A DNA stretch of 64,000 nucleotides from Histomonas meleagridis 2922-C6/04-290x (lineage: Eukaryota > Protista > Parabasalia). Positions 51,501 to 62,299 of the stretch are shown here, one piece after another. The stretch spans positions 124,001 to 188,000 of the forward strand of contig JAANOX010000243.1 of the NCBI GenBank assembly GCA_020184695.1, given 5' to 3'. Position 1 is the stretch's first letter. Each line of letters starts with the position of its first letter. The translations under genes and the position numbers were made by a program. Under the pieces are notes generated by a model. It saw only the letters and a list, made by a program, of their open reading frames with translations. It was not told the DNA's origin and ran no database searches.

Positions 51501-52996
51501 ATTTTTGGCATTAATATCAATTTCTTCTTGTTCAAGAAGTAATTTTACTATTTCTGTATAATTTTTGGAAGAAGCTAAAATAAGTGCTGTATCAAATAAT
51601 TTAAATAATTTCCAAATATTATTTTGAAATATCAAATTATTAAAATAAATTATAAATAAAACAAATAAATACCTTTAGCATTAATATCAATTTCTTCTTG
51701 TTCAAGAAGTAATTTAACTATTATAGTATGACCATTCCAAGATGCAAACATAAGTGCTGTATAAAATAATTTAAATAATTTCCAAATATTATTTTGAAAT
51801 ATAAAATCATTAAAATAAATATAAAATACAACAAATTAAAATTTTTAGCATTAATATCAATTTTTTGCTTTAAAACGTATTCAACAAGTTCGATATTTCC
51901 TGATCCAGATGAAAATACCAATATATCATGTGGAATTGAATGCTCTTTAAGAAAACATAAAACTAAAATAATATTACCAACAATTACTGCTTCATTAATA
52001 ATGTTATCATTGATTTTCATTCCTTCTTTAACTAAAAATGAAAATATTTCATAATTATGATATAAAATACAAAGCTTTCCTAATTTTTCTAAACCATTAA
52101 CACCTTTTAATTTATTTTCATAAAAATATTTAAAGATATCATTATGATGAAACATAATTGCTGTTTCACATGCATCTTCAAATGATGAATGATTCTGCTC
52201 ACATAAATGAATGATTTCTTCATTTCCACCTGCAATTGCATATTTACCTGTGTTTTCTACATTTGTACTATTCATAAGTAAATATTTAAAACATTTAACT
52301 GATCCAAAAAATGCTGCGTAATCAATTAATGTAACATTATAATCATTAACAAATGAACATCTTTCATAAAGTGATGATTTTATTCTTTGATTAAAATCAA
52401 AATTTGTTTGTGATGATATTTCTTGAAGTTTTTCTATTTCATCATTTCGAATTATTTTTGCAATTTCATTCGGATTATGTCCTTCTTTAATTAATTTCTT
52501 ATGTAATTCCCAATCATTCGCTTTAAATTTTTCAAGGTTTTCGGAGAAATATTCAGAAAATTGATAACTATGTTTTAAAACGAAATGTGCTTTAAAATGT
52601 GAGAAAAATAAACTTTTCATATTTTTTGTAATTGATGAGTTAACTAAACCTTTTTCTATCAACTTTCCGATAAGATAATTAGATTCTTGTGAGCTCACAA
52701 TAGCTATTTGCCCGAAGGAATTGAGAAAAGATGTCAAGTATTTTAATTTGATTTTTATTAATATCTCGTTCAATTAAATTCAAAAACTTAATAATTATAT
52801 CTATGTCTTTCAGTTTTGCTACAAATAAAGTATAAATGAAACGGCAGATAATCAAGTTGAATGAATATGTTTGTGAATTATCATAAAATTTGCATAATGA
52901 TGAAATAGATGTATCAATATTGTCTATATTTATGTAATAAATTATTTCTGTGAGTGCAATTAAGTCTGAAAGGGAATTTATCTTTGATGTTCTCAT
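51501..52996 (-). CDS. DUF3447-type ankyrin gene with one frameshift and spacer-interrupted ankyrin repeats (possibly a pseudogene)
   Basis: N-terminal ORF 52996-52679 shifts into the 52773-51721 frame. Family motifs NDEIEKLQ, TLIDYAAFFGSVKCFKYL and YAIAGGNEEIIHLCEQ. Two further clean ankyrin units at 51760-51671 and 51590-51501. Confidence 0.7.
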
Positions 52997-53334
52997 TCAA
53001 ATAGAATTCTAGAATTATGAACGATAGTAAATCTTGAACGACCGTTAATGGAATGAAGAAGGTTAAATCACCCATTTTGGTATCTCAAAATTGTCCATCA
53101 TATTTTTCTTAAGCCTTTGCACAGTTAATACATAGTTTAATTTATGCATATATAGCCCATAAAAAGTGTGAGTTGTGTCGCCACCATCCGAGGATTACAT
53201 TAAAAATCTTTGATTCCTTAAAGCTTCAAATAAATTAGTTATTGAAATTTGACTTTATATTAAATTTTTTATTCTAATTTCAAAAATGATGAAATGGTTA
53301 TTTTACATAATAATGTTAAGCTTAATATTAATAA

Positions 53335-53904
53335 TTAATTGCGAATGGCAATGACAACTGCAACAATGAAAAGGGATGCAACAATAACAATTGCAATAAT
53401 GAGGAAAACAGTTTTGAATTTGTTCTGACCAACATTTTCAAGAGGAACCTCGCTTAGATTCATAGAATCAAATTCTTGCATTAAGAGAGATGGCTCAACT
53501 TGTTGGTTCTTTGAATTGTTCATTGATTCCTTAACCTGGGAAATAGCAAGAAGGGATTTCTTAACTGACACAAGCTGTTGTTCAAAACTAGTTTGGAATG
53601 CAAATGGACGGGCATTTTTCCATTCATTTCCATGAACTCTGAGAAAACGATTTTTGAGATCTTCAAGTGCTTTGTCAAGAATTTCTTGATCACTAACACC
53701 ACGAACAACACACAAAAATGTGAGGCCTCCTTCCATAGCTAATATTCCCCAGTAAAAGTCTTCAGAGATCACGATTGTTTTTCCAACAGAAATTTTGTTT
53801 TTTTCTGAATATTTTTGGAAAAACAAATCAAAGTTACCTGGCCTAGGACAGTGTTGAACTAAAGGAACATCATTGCGCATAACTGCAGCATAGCAAAATT
53901 CCAT
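53335..53904 (-). CDS. Longin-domain, tail-anchored protein (VAMP7-related) lacking a clear R-SNARE motif
   Basis: MEFCYAAV... longin pattern (GLTFLCV, ALEDLKNRF, FQTSFEQQL) and a C-terminal TM segment. The ATG at 53904 fits the domain start better than the track's upstream start. Confidence 0.8.
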   Translation of the reverse strand: MEFCYAAVMRNDVPLVQHCPRPGNFDLFFQKYSEKNKISVGKTIVISEDFYWGILAMEGGLTFLCVVRGVSDQEILDKALEDLKNRFLRVHGNEWKNARPFAFQTSFEQQLVSVKKSLLAISQVKESMNNSKNQQVEPSLLMQEFDSMNLSEVPLENVGQNKFKTVFLIIAIVIVASLFIVAVVIAIRN

Positions 53905-55369
53905 CTTATATGTGACGGTTTTAATCAATTTATAACACTTTTTGTCAGATGACTGCAAAACGATAGATTTACACAGAAAATGCTTATCGTAAACAAGCAT
54001 CCGCAGACTGTATACAGTTCACTGAAACAGACTTTGAAAATTGTGCTACATTTGGCGAATGTTCACATTCTTTTGTGAAAAAAAGTACAAAATAAATCAA
54101 ATTGCTTTTATCAAGAGCAGTGAAAATTTTAAAATTTAAATCAAACAATTTAATTATTTGTTTAATTGTTGAATTAAAATTTTCTTCTTTCAAAATATAA
54201 ATACTTTTACTAATTCTAAAAGTAATTTAGTTAATTAAAAGTCAACTCTCAGTATACATACTTCTTGAGAAAATTCATGGAAATTATTGGAAAGTGTTTG
54301 ACCGCTTCATTTTAAAAATTCCAACAGCTTTTAGAAATGGGTTTCATAAAAAACCAATCTTTGAGCCACTTTTCAACATACAATGTGCTCTTCAATCATC
54401 ACACCTGGCACACTTAAAAATGCATTTTCTTCATTATTTGAATTCATTTCCATGATCTCAAGTAATGGACTTGCAATAATTCGCTCTATCCACAATATTG
54501 CTAACCAAGTACATTGACACATTTGTAGCACATTCAAAGCCAACATGAAGATATTTTTTGTAACCATTTGAATTTTGGGTATCCTCACAATTGCCAATTT
54601 ATTTCGTTCAAGCACCCATACCTGCTGGCTTTGAAACCCCAACTTCTTATGAATATTTTCTTCAAACATCAACCACACATCCTGAATATTTCGATAATAT
54701 AGCCAAACATATGTTAATATACATATGTTAATGGAAGACACATTCTTCTTAGAACTTATCATTAATAAAGTTTAATCTAATTTCATTATACATATTATTT
54801 TTAGAAACTACATCAATTATATGTTAATTATTTGTTTTATTAACCATAAGATTGTTTTATATATATATTTATTACAATCTTTGTAATATAAATTTTTCAA
54901 AGTAATATTATCTGAAATCGGTATTTTCTAATTCAATCTTTGTTTCAGTCATTTATATTCTGATAAAATTTATAATAATAAATTATTGTTGGTAAGCATA
55001 TTAAATGTAATTATTGTAACTCTCAAATATACAAATGCAAAAATATTGCTTCATAAACAAATAAATAAATGTGAAAATATAAATAATATGTGCATTGAAA
55101 CAATGTGGCAGATGTGCCTTGTAAGTATGTGCCAGTGATACTTAAATTTTAGTTCACAATCTTCTTTCAATCCTCATTTCTTCTCTATTGAAAAGAACAA
55201 ATTTATATTCTAGATCCTTCTTCATCAAAAATTGTCAAAAATAGTTCATATAAACCTTTAATTCGCAAAAACATATTATTACAACAAATTCCACACTTTA
55301 AATGTTCAATAGAAACAACGACAAATTATTAATACATAAAACCAATTTTATTTATTTATTTATATATAT

Positions 55370-58300
55370 TTACAAATCAGAGAATATTTGATAAGGTTTT
55401 ATCAAATGTGACAAATTATAATTTTCATTTTCCATCAAATAATTATTACAATAATTAATTAATCTTAGATTGTCTTTTTCACCGCAAGAAGCCACCATTT
55501 GACAAAGATTTCTTCTCAAAGAATGGCATACGAAATATCCCTCGTCGCATTGAATTCGATATACTGAACCAGATTGAAAATCGATTTGAGGAATTAAATC
55601 TCTTTGAGGCACTATATCAACGATTGATATCAATTGCACGTTTTGATTTTTCATTTTATATTTGTTCTGTAATGCTGCAACACCTCCACCACTCATAGCC
55701 AACACAGCGAAACCGAATTTAATTGCAACTAATTTCGCTAAACCACCTCCTAAAGAATGTCCCACACATAATACGTCATCACCCAAATCTTTAATTTCAT
55801 TTATATTCTTGTCAATATAATTCGAGAAATCATTGATATATCGATCAATTATTGAAGTAGTAAATAATGTCTTAGGAAATAACATCAAATCTCCGATTTT
55901 CCCAATGTTTTCTTCACTTGAAAACAATACAAATGGAAACAAATAATCGAAAAATCGTATGAAAACTGATGGTAACCATAACTCAACATCAGTGATTATA
56001 TCAACATTAGCAGTTGTGCCTCTAAACCCAAAAATAGTTAAGTTTAAACTTGGTACACGAAATCGTCGCATATAACGACCATAAAATGAACGATTCGGAA
56101 AATCATTATCCATAACATAATTTTGGATTTCTGTTGTATAATTATAGATTAAAGTTTCATTTGTGGTTGATTTACATTCGATATAATATAAGTCTTTGTT
56201 TTGTTGTACATTTAAACATTGATAATCTTCAACAATTTGCGCTTTATATATATTTAATTGATTTTCACATGTTCCTTCTAATATAACTTCTTCACAATTC
56301 CGATTAAACCTTCGATCATTATAATGAACATATGTACAAACTTCAGAATTAGTTGTGTTACAACTAATAATAAATGTACCATTAACATATTCTTCTTGGA
56401 CATGGACTAAATCACCCAAAAAGACACTTCTTTCTGATAAAAGATATTCTTCAATTTCTTCATCATCTTGATAAGTTAATTGTGCGAAATAAACTGCTTG
56501 CATCACATCTAAACCTTTAATTTTATTATAACATATTGAAGGTTGAACTAAATTTTTATATTCGAAATTCGTTGTATAATTTGGATTTATATTTATATTT
56601 AATGAATTTCCAATTATTGTATTAATATCATTATTACTATTAGTTAAATTATTATTTTGTGAATAAATTGTTGATAATTTAACTTCAGGTTCTCGAAGTG
56701 ATACAAAGATATAAAATAATACAAAAAATATTCCAATTGCTAAGAAAAATGCTGTGAATCGGACCCAACGAAAGATTCGATATTTGGTTCCCCACATTAA
56801 ATATTTACGAAATGAAATTCGTAATTCTTCACGTGTTGATGAAGAATACATTTTCATTTTTAATGTTTCTTCATTAATTTTCTTATTACGTTTAATTCTT
56901 GTGAATATTACTGAAGGAAAATGTATAAACATTGAAAGAATTGTTATTATTATTAAAAGAATAAAACCTAAAGCAGTTATAAAGCCTTTAGCAATGAAAA
57001 CAATTAAAATTATTATAAATAAAATTGTTACTATTAAATAAAATAAATTAGAAAATATTGTCCATTTAGAAGACTTTTTTAACATTTCTTTAGGATTCTT
57101 AAAGAATGATTGAATAAATTGATTCGTATGATTTAAATAAATACAATTTAAAAACTCATCATCAAAATCATGATATTCAATAAGAGTATTCTCATCTATA
57201 AATATCGAAACAATTCCATGAAAGAAATATAATACATATTGAAGAATTATTAATGCAAATGGAATATATATCCCAGAGATCATTAAATAATTCGGTAAAA
57301 ATGTTCGTAAACTTGAATCAGTTAAAAATAAAAAAAGACTTATTAATGTAATTCCGCCTAAAATAACATGGATTACTTCATTAATATAATGACAAATGAG
57401 TTTAAATCGAGTCGATATTTTATAGAATATTTTCCCAGTTAAAATACTTTTACTAAAATTAATTAATATCATAAATGAATTTATGATGCGATATATCGTC
57501 GAAAGTTTAGAAAATGAGGAAAACGTAAAAGCATTCCGAAATGGTAATAAAAGTAAATTAATGAAATAGATACTATATAATATAGCAATTAATGATAAAA
57601 TATAATACCCAACTGTAAATTCTTCAAGATTCTCATAAATTCCAATAGTAGAAAACTCAATCCATATCATCATAAACATACAGAAAAAGATTATGCATTG
57701 GGCAAAGTTATAAAATATAAATAAAAATTTGGAAAATGAAGAAAAAATTCGAAAGATTTGAAGAATTGTTAATACCCATTTTACAGCTTTGCTTGTATAG
57801 GATTTGTTATGACTATCTTGTAGAACTTTATAATACGATGGAATATATTGTGATATGTTTTCTTCTTTTTTTATTTCATCTGATACATCAAGTTGAATAT
57901 ATTCACGATTTAAGAGCTTATTTAATGTTGACGTTACTTCTTCATCTGTATTCTCAGAACTTTGGGCTATTATTCGATTAAGTGATTTATCATATGATAA
58001 TGTGAAATTTACACCTTCATAAATTACTTCCATCTGCCCACGCTTATACTTTATCAATCCAATTAAACTATAATATTCTTTATTTGTTATCACATATGAA
58101 ATAAACTTCTTTTTAGAATCACTAATTTCAGTTAATGTTTCTATACTATCATCACTACTTTTTTCACTTGTTTGGTTATCACTGGTACTGCTGTCTGTTG
58201 ATGTTTCACTATTATTATCACTGCTTTTTTCACTCGAATTATTATTACTATTATTACTTTCTGTTAATGTTTCTGTATAATCGTCACCACTTTTATCGCT

Positions 58301-58375
58301 TGTATAATTATTACTGCTGCTACTGCTACTAGTTTCTTCGTAAGAGCTTTGTGTGGAAGATTGGCTTGATTCCAT
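55370..58375 (-). CDS. Multi-pass membrane protein with a C-terminal class 3 lipase domain
   Basis: Ser/Asp-rich repetitive N-terminus, several TM segments, FGFRGT, VGHSLGG nucleophile elbow and RDLIPQID. Confidence 0.88.
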   Translation of the reverse strand: MESSQSSTQSSYEETSSSSSSNNYTSDKSGDDYTETLTESNNSNNNSSEKSSDNNSETSTDSSTSDNQTSEKSSDDSIETLTEISDSKKKFISYVITNKEYYSLIGLIKYKRGQMEVIYEGVNFTLSYDKSLNRIIAQSSENTDEEVTSTLNKLLNREYIQLDVSDEIKKEENISQYIPSYYKVLQDSHNKSYTSKAVKWVLTILQIFRIFSSFSKFLFIFYNFAQCIIFFCMFMMIWIEFSTIGIYENLEEFTVGYYILSLIAILYSIYFINLLLLPFRNAFTFSSFSKLSTIYRIINSFMILINFSKSILTGKIFYKISTRFKLICHYINEVIHVILGGITLISLFLFLTDSSLRTFLPNYLMISGIYIPFALIILQYVLYFFHGIVSIFIDENTLIEYHDFDDEFLNCIYLNHTNQFIQSFFKNPKEMLKKSSKWTIFSNLFYLIVTILFIIILIVFIAKGFITALGFILLIIITILSMFIHFPSVIFTRIKRNKKINEETLKMKMYSSSTREELRISFRKYLMWGTKYRIFRWVRFTAFFLAIGIFFVLFYIFVSLREPEVKLSTIYSQNNNLTNSNNDINTIIGNSLNININPNYTTNFEYKNLVQPSICYNKIKGLDVMQAVYFAQLTYQDDEEIEEYLLSERSVFLGDLVHVQEEYVNGTFIISCNTTNSEVCTYVHYNDRRFNRNCEEVILEGTCENQLNIYKAQIVEDYQCLNVQQNKDLYYIECKSTTNETLIYNYTTEIQNYVMDNDFPNRSFYGRYMRRFRVPSLNLTIFGFRGTTANVDIITDVELWLPSVFIRFFDYLFPFVLFSSEENIGKIGDLMLFPKTLFTTSIIDRYINDFSNYIDKNINEIKDLGDDVLCVGHSLGGGLAKLVAIKFGFAVLAMSGGGVAALQNKYKMKNQNVQLISIVDIVPQRDLIPQIDFQSGSVYRIQCDEGYFVCHSLRRNLCQMVASCGEKDNLRLINYCNNYLMENENYNLSHLIKPYQIFSDL

Positions 58376-58686
58376 CTTTTTTCACGTTCAAAAAACCGAG
58401 ATTTTTCACAACTTAACAATAATTTCAGCAGAAATTTCAAAGCTTATTCAAAATTGCTTTCACCCAACCGAAATTCCGGTTACTTTTTTAAATTCATTAA
58501 TTTCAGCTAATTTAAGAGATTTAGTCATAAAATCACAAAAATTTATCATATTTAAATATATTTATTGATTTTTAATTTTATTTTCCAATTTTTCGAAATC
58601 AAATCACCAAATTGCAGTTGCGGTGTCATTTTACGATACAAAAAGTTTAATTAATTATTCAAAATTTATTGTTAAGAAAATACAAT

Positions 58687-61600
58687 TCAATTTTCGACAT
58701 CGTTATTTTCATCCTCTATTTTCCTTTCTCTATGTTCTGTATTTATTGCCAAAGTTGACGTACAATCCTCTGTCTTAAATATTCCGATTAATCTATCAGC
58801 CATTTCGAACATATTATTTCTATGCGACACCACAATGAACTGTGCGTTTGTTGTTCTTTCTCTTAAATAATTTGCAATGATTGAAATATTTCTAAAGTCC
58901 AAAGCTGCGTCAATTTCATCCATAATATAAAATGGCGTTGGTTTAAAATGATGTAATGAGAAAACAAGTGCCAAAGATGAAATAGTTCTTTCACCGCCAC
59001 TTAAATTGGAGATATTTTTCCAACTTTTCTCAGGTGGTCTAACAGAGAATTTAATACCTCCACTAAAAGGATCAAATCGATCAACGAATTCTAATTCTGC
59101 ATCACCTCCAAGTGTTAATAATTGATATGTTTCTTTAAGTTTTGCGGCTATTTTTTCGAATCCTTCCATGAACATATTTAATCTATTTTGTTTTAATTCA
59201 TTACAATTTTCGATAATTTCACCTCTTTTCATATCAATTTCTTTGAACTCTTCCATATTCGATTGATATATTTTATCTTTTTCTTCATATTCTTGTATAG
59301 ATGATAGATTAGGATCAAGTTCATTTAATTGTTTCTCGATTAATGCTTTTTCTAATTCAAGTTCTTCATCTGTACGTTCTTGAATTTGATCAAATTGATC
59401 TTCTTTGATACCTAATCTTTCGAATTGTTTACATATACCAAAAATATTTGCTTGAATTTCTTTCCGATCTGTTTCACGTTTCTTTACATCTTGTTTAGCT
59501 TCTGCAATCGATACAGTTAATTCATTAATTTCTGATTTTGATGTACGAAGTTGTTCATCTTGTTTTTGATGTGATTCTTCTAAATTTTCAATTTTTTCGA
59601 TTAATTCTTTGATATCTGTTTTTAATTTTCGTTTTTTTTCTTGTGATTGTTTAATTAAATCTTCAAGTGGTTCAATTTCTCTTTTACTTTTTTCAATTAT
59701 TTTTTCATTTTCTTCTTTTTGTGTTGTGTTTTTAGTAATTGAACGTTCAGAAGTATTAATTTTTACTTGAAGAACATTTTGTGTTCCATTAAGTTTCGCA
59801 ATTTCTTTTTCGATTGATTGTATTATATCTGTTTGAGGTTTCATTCTAATTTCGAATAATTCTCGAATTTTATTTTCTAATAATTTACTATTATTTGTTA
59901 ATGTATCGACAATTGTTTTCTTTTCTTCTAGAATTGGTTTATTTTCGAATATAAATTGTTCTAATTCATCAACTTTTCGTATATCTTCTTCATCTTCTTT
60001 AAATTCTTCCATTTCATTAATTTGTTCTTCAATTGTTTTTAATAATTTTGTTTTACTATCATAATCCATTTCCATTTTCCTTAAATTCATTTCTAATTTC
60101 TCGATATTAATACCTGAAAGTTGAGATTTAAGATTAAACAAATAATCTTTGCTTCTTTTTAATTCTTCATCAACCTTTTTAGATTCTTCTAATATTAAAT
60201 TATATTCATCTTCATCAACAATTTTCATTCCTCCTCTTTTAATATAATTACCACCTCCAGAGAATGTACCTGATACTTCAATTAATTTACCATCAATTGT
60301 TACAACTCGATGTCTTTCACCTGAATCTAATGCTGCATTTTTAGCATCATCAATATTTGCTGTAACTAATGTATCTCGAATAGCATAAAAAAATGCTGGT
60401 AAAAATATCGGATCTTTTGGCTCTAATTCATTCAATAATATTTTCGATTTCTTTGGTATCCTTTTAGGTAATTGAACTCTAGGTATCTTATTTAAGATGA
60501 TACATGTGACTATTCCTGCTTTACATCGTTTAACTTCTTCGACACATCTTTCTGCTGTTTCTGTCGTATCACAAACTACTGAATCAAGTCGATTACCTGC
60601 TGCTGTACTTATAGCTACATCATATTCTTCTTTAACTGTGCCTAAGTCTCCTAATCGTCCATATATTCCATTAATATTTTCTCTTCTTTTAAGTTCCATT
60701 ATACATTTAATTACATTACTTTTCCCTAATTGTTTATCCATCATTCGTCGCATTTCATTAACTTTTCGCGCTTTTTCTCGAGCTTGTATTTGTAGATTTT
60801 GTGTTTCTTGTTCTTTTATTTCAATTTCTTGTGTTAAGCGATCGATATCGATTTTACTTTGATCAATTTCAATTGTTATATTATTAATTTCTGTTGTTAA
60901 TGTATTAACAATTGTTTGAGTTTGTTCTAATTCTTGTAATTTCTCATTCTTTCGTCGTTCTGCATCAATTGATTTTTGTTTTATTGTCGATATTTCATTC
61001 TCTGCTTGTGTAATTCGTGAGTTTATTTCACGAAATTCATTATTCTTAAGTGATAATTCATTTTTAACTTCTTCAAGTTCCATTTGAATTTCTTCATTTT
61101 CTTTCTTGACTTCAGATTCAAGTTCATTAAGTTTCGATTTTTCTTCTGGTAATTTACTTTCAAGTTCTTCAATTTTTATTTTGTTGTCAGATATTTTTTG
61201 ATTATATTTAGTTAATGTAATATTTGCAGCTTGAATTGCTGTTGTAAGATTTTCGTTTTGTTTATTTGTTTCTTCAATTACTTCTTGTAAATGTTTATTT
61301 CGCATTTTATTACTAAAGATAAAGTTTTTCTCTTTGTTTATATCTTTTTGCATTTTGTCGCGACTTTTACGAAACTTTTTAAGTATAATTGTTTGGCTTT
61401 CATTGTTTTTCTTGAGTTCTTCGATTGTTATAACTAAATTATTGTACTTTTCAATGTTCGCTACAATTTGTTGTCTCATCGTTTCAACTTCACTGATGAC
61501 TTCACGAAGTTTTGCTTCTTCTTCTTCTTTAGTAATAAAGAGACGTTTGGCATCGACAAGCTTAAGTTTCTCTTTAAGACTAAGATAATGTAATGCTTCA

Positions 61601-62271
61601 TCTTTGGCAGATTCAAGAGAATCACGATCTTTTCGACTTGCTGATAATTTATCTGCAATGATCTCACGATCTTGATTGATCTGATTAAGAAGAGCTTCTG
61701 TAGATTCTATTTTTGGGATAAACTCATCAGAGCCAATGATATCTTCAATGTATTCTAATAACCCGGTTTGCTTTTTATTTCGACCTTTAGGTTTCATATA
61801 AGAAATTTGACCAACTTCACCCTGGAGAATTAAAAACCTGTTGTGATCTAGATCAATTCCTTCTTGTCGAAGAAAATCTGTGACATCTTCATTTGAAGAT
61901 TTTTGGTCATTTATATAATAATTTGAACCAGACGCACTTATATCTCGCTTAATGTTATATTCTTTACCTTCAATAATATTGTTGTTTTTATCTACTTTGG
62001 CAAAATGAACTTTAACTGAAGCATGCCCAACATTTGGATGCATTGAACTTTTATGAATTAAATCTATAAGTTTTGGTTGACGAATTCGTTGGGCTCTAAA
62101 GCCAAAAACAAAAAGTAAAGAATCTATTAAATTTGATTTTCCTGAACCATTAGGTCCGACAACACATGTGAACTGTGGATGAAATGGGCCAATTGTCTTC
62201 TTTCCAAAGTATGTTTTGAAATTATTTAATTCTATTTTTGTTAAAATTAGCCTTTCTTCCTCTTCAATCAT
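58687..62271 (-). CDS. SMC4: Condensin subunit SMC4
   Basis: IGPFHPQFTCVVGPNGSGKSNLIDSLLFVFGFRA, hinge GIYGRLGDLG, signature LSGGE and FYIMDEIDAALD; the first motif is SMC4-typical. Confidence 0.95.
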   Translation of the reverse strand: MIEEEERLILTKIELNNFKTYFGKKTIGPFHPQFTCVVGPNGSGKSNLIDSLLFVFGFRAQRIRQPKLIDLIHKSSMHPNVGHASVKVHFAKVDKNNNIIEGKEYNIKRDISASGSNYYINDQKSSNEDVTDFLRQEGIDLDHNRFLILQGEVGQISYMKPKGRNKKQTGLLEYIEDIIGSDEFIPKIESTEALLNQINQDREIIADKLSASRKDRDSLESAKDEALHYLSLKEKLKLVDAKRLFITKEEEEAKLREVISEVETMRQQIVANIEKYNNLVITIEELKKNNESQTIILKKFRKSRDKMQKDINKEKNFIFSNKMRNKHLQEVIEETNKQNENLTTAIQAANITLTKYNQKISDNKIKIEELESKLPEEKSKLNELESEVKKENEEIQMELEEVKNELSLKNNEFREINSRITQAENEISTIKQKSIDAERRKNEKLQELEQTQTIVNTLTTEINNITIEIDQSKIDIDRLTQEIEIKEQETQNLQIQAREKARKVNEMRRMMDKQLGKSNVIKCIMELKRRENINGIYGRLGDLGTVKEEYDVAISTAAGNRLDSVVCDTTETAERCVEEVKRCKAGIVTCIILNKIPRVQLPKRIPKKSKILLNELEPKDPIFLPAFFYAIRDTLVTANIDDAKNAALDSGERHRVVTIDGKLIEVSGTFSGGGNYIKRGGMKIVDEDEYNLILEESKKVDEELKRSKDYLFNLKSQLSGINIEKLEMNLRKMEMDYDSKTKLLKTIEEQINEMEEFKEDEEDIRKVDELEQFIFENKPILEEKKTIVDTLTNNSKLLENKIRELFEIRMKPQTDIIQSIEKEIAKLNGTQNVLQVKINTSERSITKNTTQKEENEKIIEKSKREIEPLEDLIKQSQEKKRKLKTDIKELIEKIENLEESHQKQDEQLRTSKSEINELTVSIAEAKQDVKKRETDRKEIQANIFGICKQFERLGIKEDQFDQIQERTDEELELEKALIEKQLNELDPNLSSIQEYEEKDKIYQSNMEEFKEIDMKRGEIIENCNELKQNRLNMFMEGFEKIAAKLKETYQLLTLGGDAELEFVDRFDPFSGGIKFSVRPPEKSWKNISNLSGGERTISSLALVFSLHHFKPTPFYIMDEIDAALDFRNISIIANYLRERTTNAQFIVVSHRNNMFEMADRLIGIFKTEDCTSTLAINTEHRERKIEDENNDVEN

Positions 62272-62299
62272 TTAAGGCCGTTTATTAATTATATAAACG

